A stretch of 64,000 nucleotides of DNA from an uncultured delta proteobacterium (lineage in GTDB: Bacteria > Myxococcota_A > Polyangia > Palsa-1104): the NCBI GenBank assembly GCA_963785725.1, contig CAWAWS010000003.1, positions 288,001-352,000 on the forward strand, in the 5' to 3' direction. The notes under the pieces were generated by a model, which saw nothing but the letters and a program-made list of their open reading frames with translations, made no database searches and was not told the origin of the DNA. The position numbers were made by a program, and so were the translations under genes. Shown here piece after piece: positions 9,785 through 19,675 of this stretch (position 1 is the stretch's first letter; each line of letters opens with the position of its first letter).

Positions 9785-10284
9785 CCCCGGCGCGCTGGCC
9801 GCGGCCTTTTCCGAGGAGCTCCTCGTGCGCGGCGTCTTCTTCCGCATCGTCGAGGAGAGCGTGGGCAGCCTCGTCGCCGTCGCGCTTTCGGCGGCGATCT
9901 TCGGCGCGCTGCACGCCTTCAACCCAGGCGACGCTCGTCAGCACGCTGTCGATCGCCTTCGAAGCCGGCGTCCTTCTGGCCGCCGCCTACGTCTTCAGTC
10001 GCCGCTTGTGGCTGCCCATCGGCCTCCATTTCGCGTGGAACTTCACCGAAGGCGGCGTCTTCGGCGCCTCCGTCTCCGGCCACTCCGGCCACGGCTTTTG
10101 GCGCAGCACGTTCGACGGCGCGACGCTGCTCAGCGGCGGCCAATTCGGCTCCGAAGCCTCCATCGTCGCCGTCGCGCTCTGCTTCGGCGCCGGCGTCGCG
10201 CTCTTGCTTTTAGGACGACGGCGCGGCCGCTTCGTCGCGCCGTTCTGGCGCCGCCGCGCACCACGCAGCCACGAGGGCCTATGA
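9785..10284 (+). pseudogene. CPBP (Abi/CAAX) intramembrane metalloprotease, 5'-truncated and frameshifted
   Basis: EELLVRG and FGALH in one frame, PIGLHFAWN in another; shift near 9930; no N-terminal half or clear start. Confidence 0.7.
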
Positions 10285-11117
10285 ACCGACTGCCATGCCT
10301 GGCGATCCTATGCGCGTGCGCGGCATTTTCGTCGATCGCCGCCGCCGCGCCACCCACTTACGACATCTATGCGATTCGCTATGGCGGACTGAAAGACGTT
10401 CCCGTCAATGCGCTCGTGCCCAAAGCCGATCCGGCGCGCAAGATCGATACCGCGTTCATGATCTGGCTCATTCGCGGCCAAGGTCGCAATATCCTCGTCG
10501 ACGCCGGCTTTCACCGCGATCAGTTCATTCGCCAGTGGCATCCCGTCGATTATGTGGAGCCGTCCAAAGCGATCGCGCGCTTGGGGCTGAAGCCGGAGGA
10601 CATTACCGACATCGTCATGACGCATTTGCATTGGGATCACGCGGACGGAGTCGACCTATTTCCCAATGCGCACATTTGGATTCAAAAGGACGAGCTGGCG
10701 CATTACGCGAACGAAGCGGCGCAGCATCCCAACAATGCCGGCGTCTTTGCCGAGGACGTGGCCGTGCTGGTCGCGCTCGAGAAGCGCGGCCGCGTGACGC
10801 GCATCGACGGCGACGAGCAGACGATATTCCCCGGAATCACCGCTTATATCGGCGGCAAACATACGTTTCAATCGCAGTTCATCGGCGTCCACACCGCGAC
10901 CGGAACGATCGTTCTCGCGAGCGACAATGTCTATTTGTACGAGAATATCGATAAACATTTACCGATTACCGCGACGTCCGATGCCGAAGCGAATCTACGC
11001 GCGCAAGATCGAATGAAGCGAATGGTGACCGATCCCAAGTTCATCATTCCCGGTCACGACGGCAAAGTCATGACGATCTTCGCGGGTCCGATTGCGGGCG
11101 TGGCGAAGATCCAATAG
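10281..11117 (+). CDS. Secreted metallo-beta-lactamase-fold hydrolase, N-acyl homoserine lactonase family
   Basis: THLHWDHADG, LASD and IIPGHD motifs; signal peptide. Confidence 0.85.
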   Translation: MNRLPCLAILCACAAFSSIAAAAPPTYDIYAIRYGGLKDVPVNALVPKADPARKIDTAFMIWLIRGQGRNILVDAGFHRDQFIRQWHPVDYVEPSKAIARLGLKPEDITDIVMTHLHWDHADGVDLFPNAHIWIQKDELAHYANEAAQHPNNAGVFAEDVAVLVALEKRGRVTRIDGDEQTIFPGITAYIGGKHTFQSQFIGVHTATGTIVLASDNVYLYENIDKHLPITATSDAEANLRAQDRMKRMVTDPKFIIPGHDGKVMTIFAGPIAGVAKIQ

Positions 11118-11209
11118 CGTCACCGCGTGAACGACGACATCGCCCATTCGCCGGCTTCATTTGGCGTCGCCGATTGCCACACAGTGCGAGCACTGACGGG
11201 AGACGGAAT

Positions 11210-11683
11210 ATGAGCGCGACGATTCTGCTCGAATTCGTGAGCCTGTTCTTCGCCGGGATTTTAGCGGGCGTCGAGATCGTCATTCACTACGGCTTGCGCG
11301 CGCCCGCCGCCACGCTCGACGAGCGCGCCCAGTTGGCGCTGCGGCGCGCGTTGGTGTTCCGGCTGCGCGTCTTGGTGCCGGCCTTCTTCGTGCCGGCGGC
11401 GCTGGCCGGCATCGCCGTCACCATCGTCGACGGCGGCGCGCGCGGCGTCGCCTGTCGCGGCGCGGCGCTCGCCGCCATCGCCGTGTGGACCGCGACGCGC
11501 GTCATCGGCACCGTCGGCATCAACAGCGCCACGATCGAGTGGCAGCCGAGCGCGCCGCCGGCGAACTGGCGCGCCCTCGTCGATCGCGCCGAGCGCTTTC
11601 ACATCGTCGGCGTGTGGGCGGCGGTGGCGGCTTACGCGCTCCTCTTGACCGCCGTCGCGCTGCGACTGTCGACGCCGGCGTAA
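11210..11683 (+). CDS. DUF1772/anthrone-oxygenase-like membrane protein
   Basis: Four hydrophobic segments; TVGIN..W.PSAPPANW pattern. Confidence 0.7.
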   Translation: MSATILLEFVSLFFAGILAGVEIVIHYGLRAPAATLDERAQLALRRALVFRLRVLVPAFFVPAALAGIAVTIVDGGARGVACRGAALAAIAVWTATRVIGTVGINSATIEWQPSAPPANWRALVDRAERFHIVGVWAAVAAYALLLTAVALRLSTPA

Positions 11684-11699
11684 CCGCGCGCGCCGAGCG

Positions 11700-11930
11700 G
11701 CTATGTGGCGTCGGGCGGCGCGATGGCGTCGGCGCGCGGCTCTTCGGCGCCGTCGACAGCTGGGCCTGCGCGCGCGCTCGCGCCAACGCCCGCAACGTCG
11801 CCGTCGGCGCGACCACCAGCGTCAGCGTGTCACCGACGGCAACGCCGGCCGCGACCCGCAGCGCGGGCTCGATCGTGATGAAGTAGCGGCCCCAGCGCTC
11901 GCCGACAACGTCGTCTTCGCCATGGCGCGA
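11700..11930 (-). pseudogene. Possible DUF1905-like gene remnant
   Basis: Startless frame reading GERWGRYFITIEPALRVAAGVAVGDTLTLVVAPT right after the YncE-like stop. Confidence 0.3.
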
Positions 11931-11945
11931 CGATTGTAACGCCGA

Positions 11946-12980
11946 TCATTTGCGCGCGGGGACGACCAAGATCTTGCCTTCGGGACCGTCGGTGAGATAC
12001 GCGACGCCCGCTTCGGTGGCGACGGCATTGCGCGCGCCCTTGGCCGTCGGCAACACCTCCTTGGCCGTCAGCTTGCCGCGCGTATCGACGCCGGCGACGG
12101 TCAGCTGCGCCGCGCGCCCGGCGCCGGCGAACAGCTCGTGACGCTCTTCGACGTAGGCGATGTCATCGACGCCGTCGCCGGTCGCCAGCTGCGACAGCCC
12201 TTGTCCGTCGTGGCCGGCGTCGACGACCTTGACGCTGGCGGCGCAGGCGACGAAGAGGAAGTCGCGCGCGCGATCGAGCGCCAAGCCTTTGGGCCCGTCA
12301 GCGCCGCAGCCCGACGCCCAATTCTTGACCACTTGCCGCGACTTGGTGTCGATGGTGAGCGTGCGATCTTTATCCTCGAGGTTCGTGTAGAAGACGCCGC
12401 GCCCCTCGTCGACGACATAGCCTTCGGGCTCGCCGTCGAGCGCGATCTTGCCCGCGATCTTCGGCGCCGCCGCGTCGCTGACGTCGAGGATGACGATCGA
12501 TTGATCGCGCGGCGTCGTGACCCACACCTCCTTCGTCGCGCGCACGTAGGCCAAGCCGTCGGGCATCGAGGTCAGCGTGACGCAGCCGTTCAAGCGCAAC
12601 GAGACGGCGTCGATGGCGCAGACGCCGGAGTCGCCGCGATTGCCGATATAGACCATGCCGTCACCGACGGTGGCCGAGCTCGGTCCGACGGTGCGCTTGT
12701 TGCCGTGGCGCTCCATCTCCGCCGTGACGAAGCCGCCGATGGACACGACGCGCTGGTCGACCGAGTCGACGACGTCGACGCGGCCGGTGTTTCCCGCCGG
12801 CACCCAGACGCGGTGATGCGCGCGGTCGTACGCGATGTAATCCATCGACACGCCGCCCGCAGGCGCGTTCGGCAGCGCGATCGCGCGCACCGGCACCGCC
12901 GCCGTCGCGCGCACGGGCGGCGTCGTCGCGCAGCTCGCCGCCGCAATGCCGAGGAAAACGAAAGCGCCGGTTCGCGTCAT
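11946..12980 (-). CDS. YncE-family beta-propeller lipoprotein
   Basis: Lipobox-like AASC; repeated PDGLAY/PEGYVV/PKGLAL blades. Confidence 0.8.
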   Translation of the reverse strand: MTRTGAFVFLGIAAASCATTPPVRATAAVPVRAIALPNAPAGGVSMDYIAYDRAHHRVWVPAGNTGRVDVVDSVDQRVVSIGGFVTAEMERHGNKRTVGPSSATVGDGMVYIGNRGDSGVCAIDAVSLRLNGCVTLTSMPDGLAYVRATKEVWVTTPRDQSIVILDVSDAAAPKIAGKIALDGEPEGYVVDEGRGVFYTNLEDKDRTLTIDTKSRQVVKNWASGCGADGPKGLALDRARDFLFVACAASVKVVDAGHDGQGLSQLATGDGVDDIAYVEERHELFAGAGRAAQLTVAGVDTRGKLTAKEVLPTAKGARNAVATEAGVAYLTDGPEGKILVVPARK

Positions 12981-13306
12981 GGCATGGTCTCGCCGATTCA
13001 TCGCGAGCCACCGTAAGCCATTCGGACGCGACAAGCGCCAAGAAGCCACACGCTCATCATCTCTTCATCTAACGACGATTGACCGGATGATTAAGTTTTA
13101 ATGAACTGCGCAATTGAGCCGTGGCATATCAACAAGCTGATATCGGCCACGAACGAAATGCGCTTTGGCTGGGCTTACGACCATCGCCGGTCGGCCGCTT
13201 CATCGGCGCGCCGACTGCGGGCGCCGGCGCAAACCCACGGGTTACACCTGGCGTCGTCGGCCCCAAGCGCAGCGCGCGATCTCCTTGCCGATCGTGGGTT
13301 TGTCGC

Positions 13307-13322
13307 TGGTGTCTCATTTGCA
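13307..13322 (+). promoter_or_regulatory. Putative sigma54 promoter of the lysozyme-like gene
   Basis: TGGTGT-N5-TTGCA, followed by a GAGGGGG RBS and a TTG start. Confidence 0.5.
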
Positions 13323-13352
13323 AGACAGTGGGGCACAACGAGGGGGACGGCT

Positions 13353-14228
13353 TTGCAAACACGGATGGCCGCTGTTGTAACGATGGGGATGATGGTCTGC
13401 GCGCCCGGCTGCATGCAGTCGGCGCCTGAGGAGGACTATCGACTGACGACGAGCGCGACGCCGCACGCGACGCCCAAGACGGCGTTCGCCAACGACAAGA
13501 CGGCGTACGACTACTTTCGCGCGCAGGGGTTCACGAATTTCCAGGCGGCCGGCATCGTCGGCAACCTCGATCAGGAGTCGGGCATCGATCCGACGATCTC
13601 GCAGAGCGGCGGCGGCCCCGGTCGCGGCATCGCCCAGTGGTCGGCGGGCGGACGTTGGGACACCGACCCGGGCGACAACTGCGTCGCCTTCGCCGCGATG
13701 AACAACGAGTCGCCCGACACGCTGAGCACGCAGCTCGACTTCATCATGTTCGAGCTCAAGAGCTTCAGCGACTATGGGCTCGCCAAGCTGCAGGCCAGCA
13801 CCAACGTCACCGACGCCGCCACCGACTTCGAGCTCGGCTTCGAGGGCTGCGACATCGCCGACGAATGCGACGGCGATTCGCGCGTCTCGTACGCCATGAG
13901 CGTCTTGGCCGCGTACGGCAACGATCCCGTCATGACCCCCGACGGCGGCGCGACCGGCTCAACCGATATGGCGCAAGGAGCGTCGTCGGGCGGCGGTGGC
14001 GGCAGCGCCGGCGGCGGCGGCAGCAGCGGCGGCGGCAGCGGCACGGCCGGCGGTGTCGGCTCGGCCGGCGGCAGCGGCTCGGCCGGCGGCGGCACGACCA
14101 CCCCGGTCAAAGCGCACGGCTGCAGCGTCACGCCCGGCGAGCCGGCCGGTCACGGCGTGGCGACGCTGCTCCTCACGCTCGCCTTCGCGCTCCACCTGGC
14201 GCGCCGTCGTCGCGCCCGTTCGATCTAA
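13353..14228 (+). CDS. Phage-tail-lysozyme-like protein with Gly-rich linker and MYXO-CTERM
   Basis: AAGIVGNLDQES, GRGIAQW, QLDFIMFEL, AATDF..GFE motifs; GCS-hydrophobic-RRRR tail; start 13353 (TTG) or 13365. Confidence 0.8.
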   Translation: MQTRMAAVVTMGMMVCAPGCMQSAPEEDYRLTTSATPHATPKTAFANDKTAYDYFRAQGFTNFQAAGIVGNLDQESGIDPTISQSGGGPGRGIAQWSAGGRWDTDPGDNCVAFAAMNNESPDTLSTQLDFIMFELKSFSDYGLAKLQASTNVTDAATDFELGFEGCDIADECDGDSRVSYAMSVLAAYGNDPVMTPDGGATGSTDMAQGASSGGGGGSAGGGGSSGGGSGTAGGVGSAGGSGSAGGGTTTPVKAHGCSVTPGEPAGHGVATLLLTLAFALHLARRRRARSI

Positions 14229-14412
14229 CCCAGCCGCCGCGCCGCTTGCTCGCCCCCGCAGCTCACCGCTAACATCTCGGTCGGCGCTCGCTCGGCCGCC
14301 GCAGCAACGCTTGAATCTCCAGCACTTGCGTGCGACGACGAAATAATTCGGCGCGCTTGTCGATCGCCGCCGGGCTCGTTCGTCGTTCCAGCAGAGACGC
14401 AAAGGAGGAGCC

Positions 14413-14784
14413 ATGAAATACCTGTCGTTCATCCGCCATCCCGAGTCCTTTCGCGACACGCCGCCGCCGCCGGCGCTGATGGACGCGATGGGCGAGTTCG
14501 TGCAGAAGTCGCTGGCGGACGGCACGCTCATCAGCACGGGCGGCCTTATGCCGAGCAAAGACGGGCTGCGGGTTCGCTTGCAGGGCGGCAAGCTCAGCAT
14601 CGTCGACGGCCCGTTCACCGAGAGCAAAGAGGTCATCGGCGGCTGGGCCATCTTGAACGCCAACACGCGGGCGGAGGCGGTGCGCATCGCCACCGAGTTC
14701 ATGGAGCTGCACCGCCGACATTGGCCGGAGTTCGAAGGCGAATCCGAGGTGCGGCCGATGTTCGACCCGGGCATGGGCCCGTAA
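14413..14784 (+). CDS. YciI (DGPF) family protein
   Basis: VDGPFTESKEVIGG; AAGGAGG RBS. Confidence 0.9.
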   Translation: MKYLSFIRHPESFRDTPPPPALMDAMGEFVQKSLADGTLISTGGLMPSKDGLRVRLQGGKLSIVDGPFTESKEVIGGWAILNANTRAEAVRIATEFMELHRRHWPEFEGESEVRPMFDPGMGP

Positions 14785-14855
14785 TCGAGCGTCAGCCCCG
14801 CAGCGAGAGCGGAATCGAAGTCGCAGTCGATCGCGAAAGCAAACAGGAGAAGACC

Positions 14856-15285
14856 ATGCGAGTGATGGTGTGCGTGCCGGCGGACAAGAATTCGGAAGCG
14901 GGTCAGATGCCGAGCGCGAGAGCTTGCTGACGCAGATGATGAAGTACAACGAAGAGCTGGTCAAGGCGGGCGTGATGCTCGCCGGCGACGGGCTGCTGCC
15001 GACGTCGAAGGCCAAGCGCGTGCGCTTTTCGGGCGGGCAGCGCACGATCATCGACGGGCCGTTCGCCGAATCCAAGGAGCTCGTCGCCGGCTATTGGATC
15101 TGGCAGGTCAAGTCGATCGAAGAGGCGGTCGAGTGGCTCAAGCGCGCGCCGTTCGATGGCGGCGTCGAGGTGACGATTGCGGCCGATCTTCGACCCCGAG
15201 GACTTCGGCGAAGAGGCTGACGCCCGAGCTGCGCGCGCGCGAAGAGAAGCTGCGCGCGGAAGCGGCGCGGCTGCAGAAGTCGTAA
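14856..15285 (+). CDS. YciI (DGPF) family protein, frameshifted in this assembly
   Basis: IDGPFAESKELVAGYW; pieces in different frames with shifts near 14920, 15175 and 15215. Confidence 0.8.
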
Positions 15286-15295
15286 GACGCGGCCG

Positions 15296-16580
15296 ATGGC
15301 CACGAGCAGGCGGCCACGCGCAAGGCCATCGAAGCGGTCTGGCGCATCGAGTCCGCGCGGCTGATCGGCGGGCTCGTGCGCGTGGTTCGCGACGTCGGCG
15401 TGGCCGAGGATCTGGCGCAAGAGGCGCTCGTCACGGCGCTCGAGCGTTGGCCGGAGACGGGCATCCCCGACAACCCGGGCGCGTGGCTGATGGCGACGGC
15501 GAAGAACCGCGCCATCGACGAGCTGCGCCGCCGGCAAATGCTCGAGCGCAAGCACGACGAGCCTCGAGCGCAGACGCGACGACGACGCCGCCGGCGACGC
15601 TCGATCGCGAGACGGCGCTCGACGAAGATGTCGGCGACGATCTGCTGCGGCTGGTGCTTGATCGCGTGTCATCCGGTGCTGTCGACGGAGGCGCGCGTGG
15701 CGCTGACGCTGCGGCTGCTCGGCGGCCTGACGACCGACGAGATCGCGCGCGGCTTCTTCGTGCCCGAGCCGACCATCGCGCAGCGCATCGTGCGCGCCAA
15801 GCGCACGCTGGCCGAGGCGCGCGTGCCTTTCGAGGTGCCGCGCGGCGCCGAGCTGACGGCGCGGCTGCCGTCGGTGCTCGAGGTCGTCTACCTGGTCTTC
15901 AACGAAGGCTACGCGGCGACGCGCGGCGACGAATGGATGCGCACCGACCTGTGCGAGGACGCGCTGCGCCTCGGCCGCATCCTGGCCGGGCTCGTGCCCG
16001 ACGAAGCGGAAGCGCACGGGCTGGTGGCGCTGATGGAGCTGCAAGCGTCGCGGGCGCGGGCGCGCATCGGCCCGTCGGGCGAGCCGATGCTGCTGCTGGC
16101 GCAGGATCGTTCGCGCTGGGATCAGCTGCTCGTTCATCGCGGGCTTGGCGGCGTTGGCGCGCGCGGAGACGCTCGACGGCTCGCACGGTCGACCGCTCGG
16201 TCCGTACACGCTGCAAGCCGCCATCGCCGCCTGTCACGCCCGCGCGCGCACGGCCGACGCGACCGATTGGCCGCGCATCGTCGCGCTCTACGACGCGCTC
16301 GTCGAGCTGACGCGCTCGCCGGTGGTGGAGCTCAATCGCGCGGTGGCGGTGGCGATGGCGTTCGGTCCGGCGGCCGGGCTCGAGCTCGTCGACGCGCTCG
16401 TCGAAGATGCCGGCGCTCAAATCGTACCATCTGTTGCCAAGCGTGCGCGGCGATCTGCTGGCGAAGCTGGGCCGCGACGCCGAGGCGCGGCCGCGAATTC
16501 GAGCGCGCGGCCAAGATGACGCAGAACCGCGCGAGCGGCAGCTCTTGTTGGCGCGCGCCAAGGCGCTGGGCCGCGCGTAG
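15296..16580 (+). CDS. ECF sigma factor with TPR-like C-terminal extension (ECF42-like), frameshifted in this assembly
   Basis: AEDLAQEAL, NPGAWL..AKNRAID, CHPVLS, FNEGY, GPYTLQAAIAACH, SPVVELNRAVA; several indels; follows DGPF genes. Confidence 0.85.
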
Positions 16581-16590
16581 CTCGGCTAAG

Positions 16591-17934
16591 CTACGGCTTG
16601 TAGACGGCGACGCCGTTGTCGGTGGCGACCCAGATCCACGTGCCGCCGCCGCCGAAGCGGTCGACGTTGATGGCGCGGATGTCGTTCGACGGCAAGCCGG
16701 TCGCGATCGTCAGGTAATCCCACGCTTGCGTCGACGGCGAATAGCGCGCGACGCCGGCCGAGCCGGTGGCGATCCAGACGTCGCCGTTGCCGTCGATGGC
16801 GAGGCCGGTGAGGTTGTTCTGCGGCAGGCCGGTGGCGGTCGTCCAATAGGTCGGCGTGTAGCTGCCCGCCGTCAAATGGGCGAGGCCGTTGCCGCCCGAC
16901 GCCACCCACACGCCGCCGCCGCTGTCGACGGCGACGCCGTAGATGTAGTCGTCGACGCCGGCAAAGACGTCGATCGAATTGGTGCCCGGCTGACCGGGAA
17001 TGCCGAAAGCCTGGAAGAAGTCGCTGTTGGGGCCGGCCGAGCCTTGCGGGAAGAACCACAGCGCGTCGGCGTCGCCCACCCACAAGTCGTGCGCCGGCGT
17101 GAGCGCGATGGCGCGAATGTCGCGGCCGAGCACTTGCGTGTTGTCGGCCGAGAACGGGTGCACGTGCTCTTCGTAGGCCGGACAATTGGCGCCGCACAGG
17201 CCGCTCGCCATCGGCGCGTTCAGGCCGTTGAGCGTCGACAGGCCGTGGAAGCCGCCGAAATAGGCGCGGCCGTTCATCGGCGCGTCCAGATCGACGATCG
17301 TTCGCCACGACGCGATCTCGCGCTTTTGCTGCTCGGGCAGCTCTTCGGAGCCGCTCTGCTGCGTCGCCGTCACCTGCGTGCCGACGACGTCGCGCACGGC
17401 GCCGCTCGCGGGATCGACGTCGAGGCGATCGCCGGTGTAGCCGATGTTGCCGACGAAGGCCTGCCCGCTGTTGCCGCCGGCGATCGTCGAGAAGCTGACG
17501 GGATTCGTGGCCGGACAGGGCGTCGAGCCGATGCAGTAGTAGTCGTCGGTGTACGTGTAGAAGCCGCGCGCCAAGCCGTCTTTCTGATCGTAAGAGTGGA
17601 CGGCGCCGGCGGCGAAGAAGTAGACGGTGCTCGGTGTCACCGCCCAGATATTGCCGCCGACGTCGGTGGAGACGTCGCGGAAGTCACCGCCCGTGCCATA
17701 GGTCGTGACGTGGCCGTTGGTGATCGGCGGGCCGGGCTGGAACGTCGTCATGTCGCCGGGCGGCGGCACGCGCGACCCGCCGTCGTCGCCGCCGGTCGCC
17801 ATATCGCCGCCGCCGCTCGGCGAGCGCGCCATGTCGTTGCCGCCGCCACTTTGTGATGACGAGCCGGCGACGCCGTTCGCGCCGCCGCAACCGCCGACGA
17901 GCAGCGCCAATACCCAAGATAGTCGTGCACGCAT
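16591..17934 (-). CDS. Lipoprotein with two-component-regulator-type beta-propeller repeats
   Basis: Lipobox-like VGGC; GLPQNNLTGLAIDGNGDVW and GLPSNDIRAI repeats. Confidence 0.8.
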   Translation of the reverse strand: MRARLSWVLALLVGGCGGANGVAGSSSQSGGGNDMARSPSGGGDMATGGDDGGSRVPPPGDMTTFQPGPPITNGHVTTYGTGGDFRDVSTDVGGNIWAVTPSTVYFFAAGAVHSYDQKDGLARGFYTYTDDYYCIGSTPCPATNPVSFSTIAGGNSGQAFVGNIGYTGDRLDVDPASGAVRDVVGTQVTATQQSGSEELPEQQKREIASWRTIVDLDAPMNGRAYFGGFHGLSTLNGLNAPMASGLCGANCPAYEEHVHPFSADNTQVLGRDIRAIALTPAHDLWVGDADALWFFPQGSAGPNSDFFQAFGIPGQPGTNSIDVFAGVDDYIYGVAVDSGGGVWVASGGNGLAHLTAGSYTPTYWTTATGLPQNNLTGLAIDGNGDVWIATGSAGVARYSPSTQAWDYLTIATGLPSNDIRAINVDRFGGGGTWIWVATDNGVAVYKP

Positions 17935-17946
17935 GCGCGAAACCAT

Positions 17947-17962
17947 CGCAAACGCGGTGCCG
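17947..17962 (-). promoter_or_regulatory. Putative sigma54 promoter (leaderless geometry)
   Basis: CGGCAC-N5-TTGCG ending 12 nt before the ATG. Confidence 0.55.
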
Positions 17963-18083
17963 AGGCGCGGCCGCCGACTTCGGCGCGTCAGTTCGCCGGT
18001 CGCGGAATGAAACTTCCCATCGCGGAGCGTCGCGTCGCCGCGGCGACGGCAATTGGCGGGCGCGCCGGCGCCGCGCGCGTCAG

Positions 18084-18788
18084 TTACGGCACGTACCAGC
18101 GGATGTTGGCCGGCGCGAGCGGGCTGTGCGGGCCGGCGACGCGATCGATGCGCAGCTGAATCACCGGGCGCGGGCGGCGCGTCGTCGCGATCCAGAAGGT
18201 CCATGGCACGGCGGCGTCGACCTCGACCACCCAGCAGTCGCAACCGGCGACCCTTTCGCGGCCGATGACGCGCAGGGAAAAGCGGCGCAAGAGCTCGTCC
18301 ATGGCGCCGCTCGAGCCGCCCGAGCGCGCGACGAAGCTGGCGGAATAGCCGTCGGCGAGCGGGAAGCCGGCGATGAGCACGCCCCACAAGTGCCAATCGA
18401 ACGCCGGCGCCGGCAGCTCGAGCGCGACTTCGAGCGGCAGCGCCAGCTCACCACCTGAGCCGGGCACGACCATCCAGTGGCGTCCGGATAGACGCCGGCC
18501 CTCCCAGCGAATGTCGACGCGCGTGGCGTCGCCTTCAATCCAGCGGGCGCGCAGCGGCGCCAGCGTGCGCGCGTCGACCTCGTCGAGGTGGTCGTGGCGC
18601 GCGCCGTCGTGGCGCAGCGACTGCTGCGTGCGCACGAGGAGCGCGCGGCCGTCGCGCGTCTGCCGCTCGAGCCGATCGCGCCACTCGCCGACTTCGTGGC
18701 CGGCGCCGTCGGTCACGCGCCAGACGTTGGCGTATTCGGGCAGCTCGTCGCCGCAGACGATGCCGGACTCGGGCGTCACGTCATTCAT
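18084..18788 (-). CDS. Hypothetical protein (DUF3108-like beta-rich fold)
   Basis: DARTLAP and FSLRVIGRERVAG..CWVVEV patterns; divergent from AraC gene. Confidence 0.6.
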   Translation of the reverse strand: MNDVTPESGIVCGDELPEYANVWRVTDGAGHEVGEWRDRLERQTRDGRALLVRTQQSLRHDGARHDHLDEVDARTLAPLRARWIEGDATRVDIRWEGRRLSGRHWMVVPGSGGELALPLEVALELPAPAFDWHLWGVLIAGFPLADGYSASFVARSGGSSGAMDELLRRFSLRVIGRERVAGCDCWVVEVDAAVPWTFWIATTRRPRPVIQLRIDRVAGPHSPLAPANIRWYVP

Positions 18789-18857
18789 GCGCCGAGGATG
18801 CCGCAATCGATCGACGTGCGCTTACAGCTTCTTGCGCATGCGTTATCATCGGCGAAC

Positions 18858-19628
18858 ATGGCGCTCGCGCGACAGCGGCTGTTCGCGTCGGATGAGCTGA
18901 CCGTCGAGCGCGTGGCCTGCGACGGTCACGATCCGCGGCGGGCGCGTGAGGAGGTCTTCGCCGGCGATCGCGTCGTCATCGTGCTGCGCGGCGACTTTCA
19001 TCTGCGGCATCGGCGCGGGCGCGGCTTCGTCGATGTGCGCAACGCGCTGTTGGCGCGCGGCGGGCAGCCCTTCGTCATGGCCCATCCGCGCGGGCGCGGC
19101 GACGTCTGCCTGTCGTTCGGCGGCGCCGCGGTGACGCGACTGCTCGACGAGCACGATGTCACCGGCGCCGGCTTGCACACGGCGCCGCCACCGCTCATGA
19201 CGGCGGCGCGCCGGCTCGCCGACGACGGCGGCCTCGGCTGGCAGGCGCTCCTCGCGCAGGCGTTCGCGCCCGATTCGTCGCCGCACCCGTCGCCGGCTGA
19301 CCGGGAGATCGCCGAAGCGGTGCGCTACACCTTGAGCCGCCGCTTCGACGAGCCGGTGCGCCTGGCCGACGTCGCGCGCGCGGCGGCGGTCACGCCGTTT
19401 CACGCCTGCCGCGCCTTTCGCCGTGCGACCGGAACGACGATCCACGCCTGGCTCGACGAGCTTCGCTTACAGCATGCGCTGGCGGCGCTGCTCGACGGCG
19501 AGCCGTCGATCGCCGCCGTCGCCGTCGCCTGCGGCTTCGCCAACCACGGCCACTTGACCAACCGCTTCGTCGCCCGCTTCGGCGTCACGCCGTCTCAGGC
19601 GCGCGCCGGCGGCGTGCGCCGCACGTAG
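18858..19628 (+). CDS. AraC-family transcriptional regulator
   Basis: LADVARAAAVTPFHACRAFRR and CGFANHGHLTNRF..FGVTP. Confidence 0.9.
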   Translation: MALARQRLFASDELTVERVACDGHDPRRAREEVFAGDRVVIVLRGDFHLRHRRGRGFVDVRNALLARGGQPFVMAHPRGRGDVCLSFGGAAVTRLLDEHDVTGAGLHTAPPPLMTAARRLADDGGLGWQALLAQAFAPDSSPHPSPADREIAEAVRYTLSRRFDEPVRLADVARAAAVTPFHACRAFRRATGTTIHAWLDELRLQHALAALLDGEPSIAAVAVACGFANHGHLTNRFVARFGVTPSQARAGGVRRT

Positions 19629-19675
19629 GGCCGCGCGACGATGGCAAGCCGACGCCGCGCGCCCATACTCGAATC

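Noticed and set aside
9723..10280. CPBP-lactonase fusion suggested by ORF 9723..11117
   Set aside because: Artefact of the CPBP frameshift; the lactonase has its own ATG and signal peptide at 10281
4878..10284. Long Arg/Ala-rich overlapping ORFs here and throughout the window
   Set aside because: Shadow frames expected in high-GC coding DNA
13353..14228. Prophage remnant
   Set aside because: No other phage gene, integrase or att site; the gene carries host-type export and sorting signals
14856..16580. Dense frameshifts in the YciI and ECF genes as programmed frameshifting or phase variation
   Set aside because: Many scattered indels, some compensating, with no slippery motif and otherwise intact proteins; most likely sequencing or assembly errors
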